IMG/VR virus record: IMGVR_UViG_3300025437_000011
Span: 44,476-108,475 of that record
Source of the DNA: a virus
Length of the DNA stretch: 64,000 nt
Direction: 5' to 3' (one strand)
Each line of letters starts with the position of its first letter. Within the stretch, counting starts at the first letter, position 1. The position numbers were made by a program, and so were the translations under genes. This document shows positions 30,292 to 40,344 of the stretch, one piece after another. The notes under the pieces are model-generated. The model ran no database searches, had not been told where the DNA came from, and worked only from the letters and a program-made list of their open reading frames with translations.

Positions 30292-31326
30292 ATGGATCAA
30301 CCTCTAGAACAAATCGAAAAAAAGCTTGTTCAATATTTTAAATTGGGCAAAAACGTCCTCCTTGTAGGAAAACATGGGACTGGCAAAACTAGTCTAATCC
30401 AAAAAGTATTTGGAGAGCAGTGTAAAAACTGGCTTTATTTTTCTGGTTCTACTCTTGATCCTTGGGTAGATTTTGTTGGCGTACCGAAAGAAATAGAAAA
30501 AAATGGAGAAAATGTTCTTTCATTTGTTCTTCCCGAAAAGATGACCGACCCAACAGTTGAAGCTATTTTTATTGATGAATACAATAGAAGTCATAAAAAA
30601 ATCAGAAATTCCGTTATGGAGTTAATTCAATTTAAAAGCATTAATGGACGTAAATTTCCAAACCTAAAAGTTGTTTGGGCCGCTATTAACCCCTCGGAAG
30701 ATGAGGACGAATCTTATGATGTAGAACAACTAGATCCCGCACAAGAAGACCGCTTTCAAATTAAAATAAAAGTACCGTACAGTCCAGATTTTGAATATTT
30801 TAAAACAAAATTTGGTAATAAAATAGCTGTATCCGCACTTGAATGGTGGAATGGCCTCCCAAAAGAAGGCAAGAACCTTGTTTCACCAAGAAGATTAGAC
30901 TATGCGCTAGAACTTTATAAAGAGGGTGGTGATATTTATGATGTGCTAAACGAGCGCACAAATCCCACTAAATTACTTGTAACCCTACAAGTAGGTAGCC
31001 TAGAGGTTAAAATGAAAGAATTCTTTGAAACAAAGAATGGAAAGGAAACCAAGAAATTTTTCTTATCAGAAAATAACTTTCAAGGAGCCCTGCCAATTAT
31101 GAAACGAAATAAAGAATACCTACAGTTTTTCTTACCGCTTCTCAATAATGAAAGATTGTCCGCTATATTCTTTTCTGATATAAAAACTCAAAAATATATT
31201 CTAGAGAATTCACAACTCTTCAAAGAACCCTTGGAAGAAATTTCTAGACTAAAAGCTATTGATCCGACAATTTTAGCGCAAATTAATCATGCGCTAAAGA
31301 AAATAGGTAACGTTACTTATTTTTAA
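30292..31326 (+). CDS. MoxR-like AAA+ ATPase
   Basis: GKHGTGKT, FIDEYNR, AAINP, LDPAQEDRF, SPR. Confidence 0.85.
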   Translation: MDQPLEQIEKKLVQYFKLGKNVLLVGKHGTGKTSLIQKVFGEQCKNWLYFSGSTLDPWVDFVGVPKEIEKNGENVLSFVLPEKMTDPTVEAIFIDEYNRSHKKIRNSVMELIQFKSINGRKFPNLKVVWAAINPSEDEDESYDVEQLDPAQEDRFQIKIKVPYSPDFEYFKTKFGNKIAVSALEWWNGLPKEGKNLVSPRRLDYALELYKEGGDIYDVLNERTNPTKLLVTLQVGSLEVKMKEFFETKNGKETKKFFLSENNFQGALPIMKRNKEYLQFFLPLLNNERLSAIFFSDIKTQKYILENSQLFKEPLEEISRLKAIDPTILAQINHALKKIGNVTYF

Positions 31327-31743
31327 TTATTTTGCACCCTCAGATGGGGGCAAATTATGGACATTTCTTTCTAAGTATATAACCCTATTGTCGATATTAT
31401 CAACTTGTTTTTGAATACTAACCATAATAGTATTATATGCCTTTAACTGCTCACTATATGAAACCTGTTGATTTATAATGGTTTCTAGTTTTGCTTGTGT
31501 TATTTCAAATCTTTTTTCAGCCTGATCATCTTGCTTCCTGTCATTTTCTACCTGAGCTTTTACATACTCTCCAAACTTATCATTAGTTACATAATGTTGA
31601 CCCATCCAAAGGGTCGCGTAACTGAACATCATAAAAGCTACTAGCATTATAGCTGGCTTTACATAGGCACCATACCATTTATCAGATTTATGCTCTGGAA
31701 TATTTGTAAATGGATTTAAGCTGGATAATGGATCAATGGCCAT
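31327..31743 (-). CDS. single-TM coiled-coil protein
   Basis: Hydrophobic AIMLVAFMMFSYATLW followed by heptads; ATGTAAA motif 14 nt upstream. Confidence 0.65.
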   Translation of the reverse strand: MAIDPLSSLNPFTNIPEHKSDKWYGAYVKPAIMLVAFMMFSYATLWMGQHYVTNDKFGEYVKAQVENDRKQDDQAEKRFEITQAKLETIINQQVSYSEQLKAYNTIMVSIQKQVDNIDNRVIYLERNVHNLPPSEGAK

Positions 31744-31876
31744 GTCTATATTTACATTTAATTTTTATTTTCGACAGAAAATGTCTACATATATTGATAA
31801 AAATCGAATTCAGAAAATATTTATACTAGGAAATTTTTAAATTGAATTCCCGTTAATTAACTATTATACTCTGGAA

Positions 31877-32413
31877 ATGCACTATCAAACCAAAGTTAAG
31901 GAGTTTATGACCACATTCGGACAGGCCTGTCCCGCAAAACCAGAAGTTCCAGAACTTAATACAAGGATTTTACGGGTAAAATTGCTCTTAGAGGAGGTTT
32001 TAGAGCTTGCCGAGGCCAGTGGATTAAAGGTTACCGACTCATTGGGCCATGATATTAGCCTATCACTCTTAAAAAATGGCAAAATTGAAATTGTAAATAA
32101 CCCAGAAATCACTCCAGACCTAGTTGGAGTAGCAGATGCGATTGCAGACATTTCCTACGTTAATTACGGCGCGGCATTGGCCTATGGAATTGATATCGAA
32201 TCAGTAGAGAATGAGGTTCACTCTTCTAATATGACCAAACTCTTCACAACAGAGGAAGTTGACCAGTTAGACAGACAAAAATTTACCTATAGTCCAGTTA
32301 AATTGTCGGGCAAGTGCCTACTAGTTAAAAACAATGACGGAAAGGTTCAGAAAAGCCCATCCTATACTCCAGCCGATATTTCAACCCTTATTAATAAGCA
32401 AATCAATGGATAA
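31877..32413 (+). CDS. MazG-like NTP pyrophosphohydrolase
   Basis: LLEEVLEL, ADAIAD, EVHSSNMTK, DGKVQK. Confidence 0.85.
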   Translation: MHYQTKVKEFMTTFGQACPAKPEVPELNTRILRVKLLLEEVLELAEASGLKVTDSLGHDISLSLLKNGKIEIVNNPEITPDLVGVADAIADISYVNYGAALAYGIDIESVENEVHSSNMTKLFTTEEVDQLDRQKFTYSPVKLSGKCLLVKNNDGKVQKSPSYTPADISTLINKQING

Positions 32414-33026
32414 CAGTGTAGAATTAATCGGTTGGTATGGCGGCGATACTGTTAATGCCTGTAGCGCATGGACTAGCACCAGTCGAGAGCTTACCGAAGA
32501 CAAGAAAGCTAGAGTCCCGGCGCTGTTAAGTATGCTAGCTGAAAATGGTCACGAGACACCTTTTGAAAAGTCAACTGTTCATTTTTTGGTTAATACCGAC
32601 ATAGCTAGCCATATTCACCTCCTAAAACATAGGATTAGTTCGCTTAATGCTGAAAGCGCAAGATATAAAGAATTAAAAGAAGATAAATACTTTATTCCAA
32701 GTGACTGGCCGCTTTATTGGCAACAAGCTTTGGAGGACTACACGAATAAGGGAAATGATTTATATCATGAATGCCTAACAAAACTAGAAGAGGCCGGAAT
32801 AGACAGAAAAAGGGCAAAAGAATCTGCCCGTTTCTTCAAAACATACAACTCACAAATTCAAGCAGATGTAATGTTTAATTTTCGGAGCTTTGTTAATTTT
32901 CAAAAATTAAGAAATTCTGAACATGCACAAGTAGAAATTAGAGATATTGCTCAAAAAATGCTTGAACAAGTCAAAAATATAGAAGGAAACCCGTTTGAAC
33001 ATACGTTAGCGGCATTTCGACTTTAA
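32406..33026 (+). CDS. thyX: flavin-dependent thymidylate synthase
   Basis: GHETPFE, KHRISSLNAESARY, AKESAR, LRNSEHAQVEIR. Confidence 0.92.
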   Translation: MDNSVELIGWYGGDTVNACSAWTSTSRELTEDKKARVPALLSMLAENGHETPFEKSTVHFLVNTDIASHIHLLKHRISSLNAESARYKELKEDKYFIPSDWPLYWQQALEDYTNKGNDLYHECLTKLEEAGIDRKRAKESARFFKTYNSQIQADVMFNFRSFVNFQKLRNSEHAQVEIRDIAQKMLEQVKNIEGNPFEHTLAAFRL

Positions 33027-33074
33027 TAGTAAAGTTGATTAACTAATCTTATTTATATATAATAAGTATTAGAA

Positions 33075-33542
33075 ATGTTAGAAGAAAGCAATACTGAAGT
33101 AATTAGGGGCCTAGACGTATCGGTGATGTTTTGCGCCGGGCCAAAGGGGTTAGTACAATTTGTAGGAAATAAAAAAGATAAATATTTTTATAATATCTTC
33201 TGTTTTTATATAGAAGAAACAGATCATTACATAGTTTTTGTTAAGATGTTTAAATCCTTAAAAAGAAAACAAAAAAATGGTACTTATTTTAATTTAGCCA
33301 ATTCGACAAGTAAAGTCTTAAATACGAAAGAACAAACTTATGACTTTTTAAATAATTTTTTAAATTCTCTTGAAGAACATGATCGTTTTATCAACGAAGA
33401 GATACTAAGAGAAAGTAAAATTAATGCAATAGAGGCAATTAATTCTATTAATCAATGGGAAAAACACATGGTAGATTATTTTAATGACTTAATTCCCGAT
33501 ACTAACAAGAAAAATAAATGGAATTTACTAAAACTATTTTAG
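33075..33542 (+). CDS. hypothetical protein
   Basis: 155 aa ORF. Confidence 0.6.
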   Translation: MLEESNTEVIRGLDVSVMFCAGPKGLVQFVGNKKDKYFYNIFCFYIEETDHYIVFVKMFKSLKRKQKNGTYFNLANSTSKVLNTKEQTYDFLNNFLNSLEEHDRFINEEILRESKINAIEAINSINQWEKHMVDYFNDLIPDTNKKNKWNLLKLF

Positions 33543-33889
33543 TTTTGTAGCACAGCGTAAGCAAAGATAGTTCCCGCACCACCAGTTGCGATAATTCTAA
33601 TATTTGGAACTGGAGAGTTCATTAGAGCGGGTGCCTGATAGCCGGGCACAACACCTGTAAAAGAATATAAAGGAACACCATCATTCACCGAACCCGGTGA
33701 AAAACTAGGATCATATTGTGATAAAAGAGTCTGAGTTTGAACATTTAGAGTTGTACCAGTAACCCCAGCACCACTAGCATAAGCAATAATAAGAGTATTT
33801 CTTGATTGTGCAATATTTGACCATGCCCCAGTAAAGGGAATACTTTGACCAGTAGCAAGTATAGTGGCGCTTGTCCATTCTGAATTCAT
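33539..33889 (-). CDS. probable virion structural protein (T/G/S-rich)
   Basis: Start at MNSEWTSATI; GTGTAAT 14 nt upstream. Confidence 0.6.
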   Translation of the reverse strand: MNSEWTSATILATGQSIPFTGAWSNIAQSRNTLIIAYASGAGVTGTTLNVQTQTLLSQYDPSFSPGSVNDGVPLYSFTGVVPGYQAPALMNSPVPNIRIIATGGAGTIFAYAVLQN

Positions 33890-33946
33890 AATTAAAATTA
33901 CACCTAAATTTGACAAAAAACCCAAAAACAGCTAGAATGATTAATA

Positions 33947-34300
33947 ATGAAAAAAATAATCCAACCCGAACAAGCCGAAGAGGCAATTTATTTTTCTGAT
34001 TTTACCGGAAAACCTTTTATGGATGGCCTTCCACCCCCAGTTAAAGTAAAATTTAATTTTAATTTTGGCTCTGCCTATGACGGAGCATCCTTTTCTTTAG
34101 ACTTATCAGATGAAGATACCGAAGGATTAATCAGTATAATTAGACAAAAGCTATCCGAAGACGCGAAAAAGCAATTAGGAAAGAAATTGCATTATCTAGA
34201 TTTACAACTAGAAGACGATATACAATCTAAATCTTACTCTGCTTGTGAGTATACATCCAACTCAAGACTAGTTTTATTAAAGCTATTAGGACTAGCTTAA
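33947..34300 (+). CDS. hypothetical protein
   Basis: TTGACA(33910)-17-TAGAAT upstream. Confidence 0.7.
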   Translation: MKKIIQPEQAEEAIYFSDFTGKPFMDGLPPPVKVKFNFNFGSAYDGASFSLDLSDEDTEGLISIIRQKLSEDAKKQLGKKLHYLDLQLEDDIQSKSYSACEYTSNSRLVLLKLLGLA

Positions 34301-34600
34301 AGACACAAGAGTAGGCTTTTCTTCCTGTTTGTAGTTTCTTGTTTGCAAGATTAAATCTAAAATAGTTAACTTAAAATCTTCCTGTTTTTCCTCTGGAAGA
34401 GAATTTCCGAAAAAATCAATAATTAGTTGGCACATTGCGTTAATCATATAGCCATTAAAACTAAAATCTGAAAGTTGCTTACAAGCTAAACTTTTTCCAT
34501 TTTCTGTCATTCCTATTTCTAGGAGAGGGGTAATTTTTGGTTCGTCTTCCGAAAGAACTGGTTGCGCATCGACATCAATTGTTACTGGCTGATCATTCAT
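34292..34600 (-). CDS. hypothetical protein
   Basis: Last gene of a minus-strand run. Confidence 0.6.
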   Translation of the reverse strand: MNDQPVTIDVDAQPVLSEDEPKITPLLEIGMTENGKSLACKQLSDFSFNGYMINAMCQLIIDFFGNSLPEEKQEDFKLTILDLILQTRNYKQEEKPTLVSLS

Positions 34601-34609
34601 AATTATATA

Positions 34610-35506
34610 TTAATTACTTAACCTTATAAATCCATTAATTTTTATAAAAATAGCCTCAAGTCCCAATAAACAATATTGAACAAAAGATATTAACGATAAT
34701 TTCCAATTATTTATTAATATCCATAAATATAGACTATTGCCATTCATTTTACATATCCTATTTATCTTGGAAACATATTTTAACATATATTCATCTCTAG
34801 TATCAGTGGAATTATAAGCAGTGATTAAAGATCTTTTTCCGGCCGCAATATTTGACCTTCGTGTTTTTGCGAGGCCATGATTCCAAACTGAGCCTTTTGA
34901 AAGTTTTTCATGCAGATCCTCTTCACTTTTAAGCATATAATGATTGATGCAAAGAATACTATCACGAGTAGACATGTATACGCTATTTTCATAGAAGCTT
35001 ATTCTATGGGGTGAACCCAAATCATTTTCATTAATTTTTTGATTTTTAATTATACTCTTACATTGAGGCTTGGGCGCAATAGAGTGTTTCATTAAATAAT
35101 TTTCCAAAACTAATCCCTGCGGCTTTGTTATATGACCATTTGTCCCAAAAATAACCCAAGGAACCCAAAAGCAATCTACTTTATTTTTATTTAAATAATT
35201 AATCAATGTTCCACGTTTTTTATATACGACGAACTCATCAACGTCAATAAATGCAGTCCATATAGATTCATTTCTATAATTCTCTACATAATGCTTATAT
35301 GCTAATTTTTGTTGCCAATCATTAAGCGGCCACTTTATATAAGTTATAATACTTTTATATTTTTTTAGTATTGGTAGCAAGTCATCAGTTGAATTGTTAT
35401 CATAAATATAAAAATGATCAAAACCAATCATTACATGATAAATAATCCACTCTTCTAGAAATGCCGCTTCATTTTTTAAAATGATACAGGCAGAAATTTT
35501 GTTCAT
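34610..35506 (-). CDS. GT-A glycosyltransferase (GT92/GT2-like)
   Basis: KNEAAFLEEWIIYH, YDNNSTD, FIDVDEF, INHY. Confidence 0.85.
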   Translation of the reverse strand: MNKISACIILKNEAAFLEEWIIYHVMIGFDHFYIYDNNSTDDLLPILKKYKSIITYIKWPLNDWQQKLAYKHYVENYRNESIWTAFIDVDEFVVYKKRGTLINYLNKNKVDCFWVPWVIFGTNGHITKPQGLVLENYLMKHSIAPKPQCKSIIKNQKINENDLGSPHRISFYENSVYMSTRDSILCINHYMLKSEEDLHEKLSKGSVWNHGLAKTRRSNIAAGKRSLITAYNSTDTRDEYMLKYVSKINRICKMNGNSLYLWILINNWKLSLISFVQYCLLGLEAIFIKINGFIRLSN

Positions 35507-36171
35507 AGAATTTCCTTGGTTTTTTTAATAATTTCTTGAAGAATTATTTTTTTTGCAGAGTCTTTAATATGAGTAGTATCTTTATCTTTTAATTTAAAAC
35601 AGAATATATCTCTGTAATCAATACCGTGAAATAGTTTTGTTACATTAATATAATTCTTACAATTTTTCTCCATTATCTCATCTAAAATTTGTCTTTCATC
35701 TATATATCCCTCAATAGTCTCCACATCGTAGAAATTAGAATTTATATGACTAAAAAATAAAATTGGTTTATTGATTCTTTTCTCTAATTTTTTTATATCG
35801 TTCATCAAATCTTCTGGCGTTTGATTTATTCTAATAGCACATGGTCTCGGACGATTTTCTCTTTCACGATTTATTTGATAATAAATATTATCCAAATTAA
35901 TTAATTTTAAGGAAGAAATTTCTATGATAACAATATCAGATTCATCTAAACATTTTTTATATGAAATGGCATTAAATTTTTCTGGATGGTACATTAAGCA
36001 TTTTGGGTGTGGCAAGCTTTCTATATTTAAGTGCCCATCAAATAAATCTAAATATGTAAATATTTCCTTTGAAGTATGGGTTAAATCATAGTTTTTTTGA
36101 AACAAATAATTTTCATTATTAAACTTATTGAAAACAGTTCGGCATGAACCAAACTGAAAGAATTTAATCAT
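35503..36171 (-). CDS. SGNH/GSCFA-like protein (paralog of 58002)
   Basis: FGSCR, HTSKE, IEISSLK, DTTH. Confidence 0.55.
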   Translation of the reverse strand: MIKFFQFGSCRTVFNKFNNENYLFQKNYDLTHTSKEIFTYLDLFDGHLNIESLPHPKCLMYHPEKFNAISYKKCLDESDIVIIEISSLKLINLDNIYYQINRERENRPRPCAIRINQTPEDLMNDIKKLEKRINKPILFFSHINSNFYDVETIEGYIDERQILDEIMEKNCKNYINVTKLFHGIDYRDIFCFKLKDKDTTHIKDSAKKIILQEIIKKTKEIL

Positions 36172-36182
36172 ATTGATTATAG

Positions 36183-36575
36183 TTATACATTGTTATAATC
36201 TACAAATCTTTTTGGCAAAATAACATTATCTGGGGCCTGTTTGAACATGGGCGCAATATCTTTAATAGAATACCCCGCCAGACCACAACCAATCTCAGTA
36301 ACAAAGAAGTTTAAGTTTTTTCTTTTATTGGCAACAATCAAAAATGCCTGAACATATTGGCTGATATTATGCAAAGGAAGTGTTTTTATATTTTCATCTT
36401 TGGTTGGTATGGCGAAACTCTGACCATATAGACCGAAAGCTTCGCCAAGAACTGCGCCGAACCTTTCGCGCGCTAACTTTGCAGCCCCGGCGCCATGAAT
36501 TCCCGCCTCATTACTTCCGAATACGAAAATCTCGTTCGGCCCTAAATCTGTTATTCGGTCTGGTGTGTATCTCAT
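36183..36575 (-). CDS. conserved phage protein, macro-domain-like
   Basis: EIFVFGSNEAGIHGAGAA, AIPT, FFVTEIGCGLAG. Confidence 0.75.
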   Translation of the reverse strand: MRYTPDRITDLGPNEIFVFGSNEAGIHGAGAAKLARERFGAVLGEAFGLYGQSFAIPTKDENIKTLPLHNISQYVQAFLIVANKRKNLNFFVTEIGCGLAGYSIKDIAPMFKQAPDNVILPKRFVDYNNV

Positions 36576-36728
36576 ATTCTAAGTTTTTTTTCTTCAATGA
36601 TTTCTGGACTCTTTTCTAGAACATCGGCCACTATACCGATAAGTTCTTCGGGTGTAAAATGGCTTTTATCTTCCAGAAGATCCGAGATTCTATTTATTTC
36701 TCTCATATATAGTGAAAAAAGCTTTTTT

Positions 36729-37610
36729 CTATTTATCTTTAGGTTTTTCATTTTGTTTATTTAATTGCTCGTAGATTTTATCGTATGCACCATATTCAAT
36801 ATTGTTCAAAAATTTTTTGACTTGTTTTTGGCGCTGTTGGTAATAGAAGTTTGGATAATCAGTATCAATCACACTGAAATTCCCTTCTTCATCTATTTCT
36901 AGAACCTGACTTAAACCGCAATCTACATTAATATTTACTGCACTCTTGAAATCAGGATCGTCCCAAATACTAATCCTACCCATAGTTGGAGTATGACCAT
37001 ATACTTGTCTAAAACTGGGAATTAAAACTGTCTCTCTTTGACTATCTAACCAAAGGATTCCGCCCTGTTTATGTGATCCTCCACGGCAACGACCCACCGC
37101 GCCGATAGTTTCATTCCAAATTCTACTATTATAATCATCTCTAGCCTTAGAAAGCTTGTCCGACATAACGTCATCATTCATTCCTTTAATAGGATGCTCA
37201 AACCAATAGGGATGAATACCCGCATGGGTAAACCAAAATCCATTTTCAAAATGCGCGAACGTGAGTTTATCCCAATCTTGGGTAAGCATAACACGATTAA
37301 TAGCGTCATCTTTTTGCATCGAGTAACCTGAACAGTTATAAATATTTTGAAGCGAACCGTTAGAGTCCTTCACGTAATTCAGATACGAATAATTAATATC
37401 GTGATTACCCATAATGTGAACACGATTAGGTTTTTGCAGTGAAGACTTTAACCATTGCGCGGTTTGGAGTGCATCTTGTGCAGTATCACCAAAGTCGTCA
37501 AAATAGTCGCCCACAAAAACAATACGATGGGTTTTCTCATAGAGAGAGGCAATTTGTTCAGCCTCGGCCCAGTGATTATGAATATCACCTATGACAATAA
37601 TTTTATTCAT
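36729..37610 (-). CDS. calcineurin-like metallophosphoesterase
   Basis: GDIH, GDYFD, GNHD, HAG, GHT. Confidence 0.9.
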   Translation of the reverse strand: MNKIIVIGDIHNHWAEAEQIASLYEKTHRIVFVGDYFDDFGDTAQDALQTAQWLKSSLQKPNRVHIMGNHDINYSYLNYVKDSNGSLQNIYNCSGYSMQKDDAINRVMLTQDWDKLTFAHFENGFWFTHAGIHPYWFEHPIKGMNDDVMSDKLSKARDDYNSRIWNETIGAVGRCRGGSHKQGGILWLDSQRETVLIPSFRQVYGHTPTMGRISIWDDPDFKSAVNINVDCGLSQVLEIDEEGNFSVIDTDYPNFYYQQRQKQVKKFLNNIEYGAYDKIYEQLNKQNEKPKDK

Positions 37611-37802
37611 TTTAAGAGATAGATTAAAAAGTTAACGATTGCGAACCAAACAAGTAGTGACAATGCTATAATTGCGAACCAAACAAAGAATTTTTCAAAA
37701 TTTATCATTTGAATCTGATTATATAAAGGTTTGCACAAAAAAACAAGAGAAAATAATTGTTTGACCAAAGATAAAAAATTAATTACTATTACCCTCAACG
37801 CT

Positions 37803-37970
37803 ATGTATCAAATACTATCCATAAAAGAAATTAGCCCAAATGGAGAGATCCAGTTCACGGAAGAAGAACTGCAAACCCTACAATGGAAAGAGGGAGACGA
37901 TATAGAGATAACACTTGAACAGGATGGAACTATTTTCTTGAATAAAAAACCGAGAAATACCGACATTTAA
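37803..37970 (+). CDS. AbrB/MazE-like small DNA-binding protein
   Basis: LQWKEGDDIEI pattern. Confidence 0.5.
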   Translation: MYQILSIKEISPNGEIQFTEEELQTLQWKEGDDIEITLEQDGTIFLNKKPRNTDI

Positions 37971-37986
37971 ACTGTAAATTATAAAG

Positions 37987-38574
37987 ATGGATCATCTAAA
38001 GAACGAAACGGTTCTAGTTTTAAACCGTAACTGGCAAGCAATTCATGTGAAGAACCCGGCCGAAGCAATAACAATGATGTATTCAGATAATGCCACAGCA
38101 CTAGATATTCGTGGCGAGGATCATATGGTTCCGCTTCGTTGGAATGACTGGATTAAACTCCCAATTGATGAAGAGAGGGAAGATTTTATTCAAACTGTAA
38201 ACGGTAAGATTAAAATTCCAAAAGTTTTAGTTCTTTGCCGCTACGATAAAGTTCCAAGAAAGCGTCCGAAGTTTTCTCTTAAAGGCGTATGGGAGCGGGA
38301 TAATGGTACTTGCCAATATACCGGAAAAAAATTACACCCACATGACGCAAATATTGACCATGTAATTCCACGCTCTCGTGGTGGAAAAACCGATTGGAGT
38401 AATTGCGTCCTATCGCATAAAGAAATTAATTCAAAAAAAGCAGACAGAACTCCAGAAGAGGCCGGGCTCAAACTGTTGAGAAAACCTGCTGATCCCAAAG
38501 AGCTTCCAGCTACATTCTATATTAGAAACAAACATAATGTTCGGGAGTGGGATTTATTTTTAAATTTTAATTGA
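37987..38574 (+). CDS. HNH endonuclease
   Basis: VLVLN, RDNGTCQYTG, IDHVIPRSRGG..W.N, N..KADRTPEEAG. Confidence 0.9.
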   Translation: MDHLKNETVLVLNRNWQAIHVKNPAEAITMMYSDNATALDIRGEDHMVPLRWNDWIKLPIDEEREDFIQTVNGKIKIPKVLVLCRYDKVPRKRPKFSLKGVWERDNGTCQYTGKKLHPHDANIDHVIPRSRGGKTDWSNCVLSHKEINSKKADRTPEEAGLKLLRKPADPKELPATFYIRNKHNVREWDLFLNFN

Positions 38575-38605
38575 TTAAAGAATCAAACTAGCGTAAGATT
38601 CCTAA

Positions 38606-39343
38606 ATGGACACAAAAACTGTTAGGCTTTTAAATAAACGTTTGGCTGGGCCACGTTTTCTAAAATACGTTGATGTAAGAGATGTTGATGATTATTTTAA
38701 TTTGCCCCTAGATCAGCGCGAACGTTGGGGTTTTTATCGTAAACCGTTTGCTCTTCCAATGGACGGCTCTATTTTGGAACGCGATAAGCCACTAACAATT
38801 ACCAAAGGTTGGACAGCTTGGGAAAATGAAATTAAAAAGCAATACCCCGTTCAGTGGTTCTTTCGTGAGTGGTTCTTAAGTTGGGACAATCCAGCCTATG
38901 CCTTCCTTAAAGGATTATATTTTGATTATAATAATTTGAAGGGTACAGTAAAACGTTTTATTAAACCTTTTTACCCACGTTTTCGCAAGGCATGTCCTCG
39001 TCATAAATATTCTGACATTTCAGAACTTACACGGGAAATTAACTTCGCATTAATTCTAGATTTCTGGTATGAAGAAATGGTAGATGGAGTTGTTGATTGG
39101 CAGGATAACAATGCACATAAACAATTCTTTAAGCAGATCAAGGCCGCAGTTAAATATATTGAAGTTGACCGTCCAAAGCTAGAAGCACAATCGGATTCAG
39201 CACTAACTATTGCAACAAATAAAAAGAAGGGAACTTTTGAACAGCGTTATGGGAAACATCAGGCCCTTGAAAACAAGACGCGCGAGAAAGACACTGAACT
39301 TCTCGTTTGGATGATGCAACAAAGAGAAATGTTTTGGACATGA
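38606..39343 (+). CDS. hypothetical protein
   Basis: TTGATT(38571)-17-TAAGAT upstream; 245 aa. Confidence 0.7.
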   Translation: MDTKTVRLLNKRLAGPRFLKYVDVRDVDDYFNLPLDQRERWGFYRKPFALPMDGSILERDKPLTITKGWTAWENEIKKQYPVQWFFREWFLSWDNPAYAFLKGLYFDYNNLKGTVKRFIKPFYPRFRKACPRHKYSDISELTREINFALILDFWYEEMVDGVVDWQDNNAHKQFFKQIKAAVKYIEVDRPKLEAQSDSALTIATNKKKGTFEQRYGKHQALENKTREKDTELLVWMMQQREMFWT

Positions 39344-40344
39344 GTAAAATTTTAATTATCGAATCTACTAGCAAGACCAAGCCGCTTGCAGAAGACTTTA
39401 GCGATACTAGTATCGTTCATTGTAGAAACTCTATTATCCTAAAGAATTATCTAGGGGCCGACCTACTGGATGGTGAATATAAATTACCACAAATCGTTAA
39501 TAATAAGTATGATGTGATTATTTGTTGCTATGCTTCGCCCTATATGCCGCATATTCCATATCGGCAAATTATAGATAATAACCCCGGCGCTAGACTTGTT
39601 TGGCTAGTAAACGATCATGACCTAGAGGATAATCAGCTTCTTCGTTACGCTATTTTACAGGGTAGAACTTACGACATGATTTGCAACAATCCGAGAGGTG
39701 GTTATCGTCATTGGATTCTAGGAAAGAATATTGAAGGAAAGAAGTTAAATGACTTTATTATTAACTGGCACACAACTAATTTAAACTCTCTTATCTTTAG
39801 GGACACTAGACATCTTCCCGTTCGTGAGAATAAAAATGGTTTTATTTACTATGGAACCTACAGGAAACACCGAGCAGATGATTTTAAAGCCTTTTTACGA
39901 AAGGGCATGACAGTCTCTAGTAGCATTAAGCATTGGAAGAAGTACGAGGCAATTGGTTGCGATTCCGAATTTATTCGCCCCCTAACTTGGCAAAAAGATA
40001 ACGAAGACTTGAGAAACTATCAATACAGTCTTTATTTGGAAGATAAACACACGCATGATAATTATGCGTTCCTAGCTAATCGTTTTTATGAGGCGCTAAT
40101 GTGCGATGTTGTTACTCTATTTGCGCCCAATACAATTAATACTGTTGATCGTGCAGTAAATAGTGGACTAGAAATTCCCGCTTCAGTTATCCTACCAGAT
40201 AACTCTTACAATGGAAAAGTTCAGAAGTTCATTGAATCTCTAGATTTTAATTCGTTTATTAAATACCAAAGAGACAATTACTTTGACCAAATTTTGGCGG
40301 AGCGTGAAATGGTACTTTATGGAATTAAAGATTTTTTAAGTTAA
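39340..40344 (+). CDS. T4 beta-glucosyltransferase-like (GT63) putative DNA glycosyltransferase
   Basis: Collinear motifs KILII, YDVII, VWLVND, IYYGTYR..R, DKHTHDNY...RFYEALMCD resemble T4 BGT as recalled. Confidence 0.6.
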   Translation: MSKILIIESTSKTKPLAEDFSDTSIVHCRNSIILKNYLGADLLDGEYKLPQIVNNKYDVIICCYASPYMPHIPYRQIIDNNPGARLVWLVNDHDLEDNQLLRYAILQGRTYDMICNNPRGGYRHWILGKNIEGKKLNDFIINWHTTNLNSLIFRDTRHLPVRENKNGFIYYGTYRKHRADDFKAFLRKGMTVSSSIKHWKKYEAIGCDSEFIRPLTWQKDNEDLRNYQYSLYLEDKHTHDNYAFLANRFYEALMCDVVTLFAPNTINTVDRAVNSGLEIPASVILPDNSYNGKVQKFIESLDFNSFIKYQRDNYFDQILAEREMVLYGIKDFLS

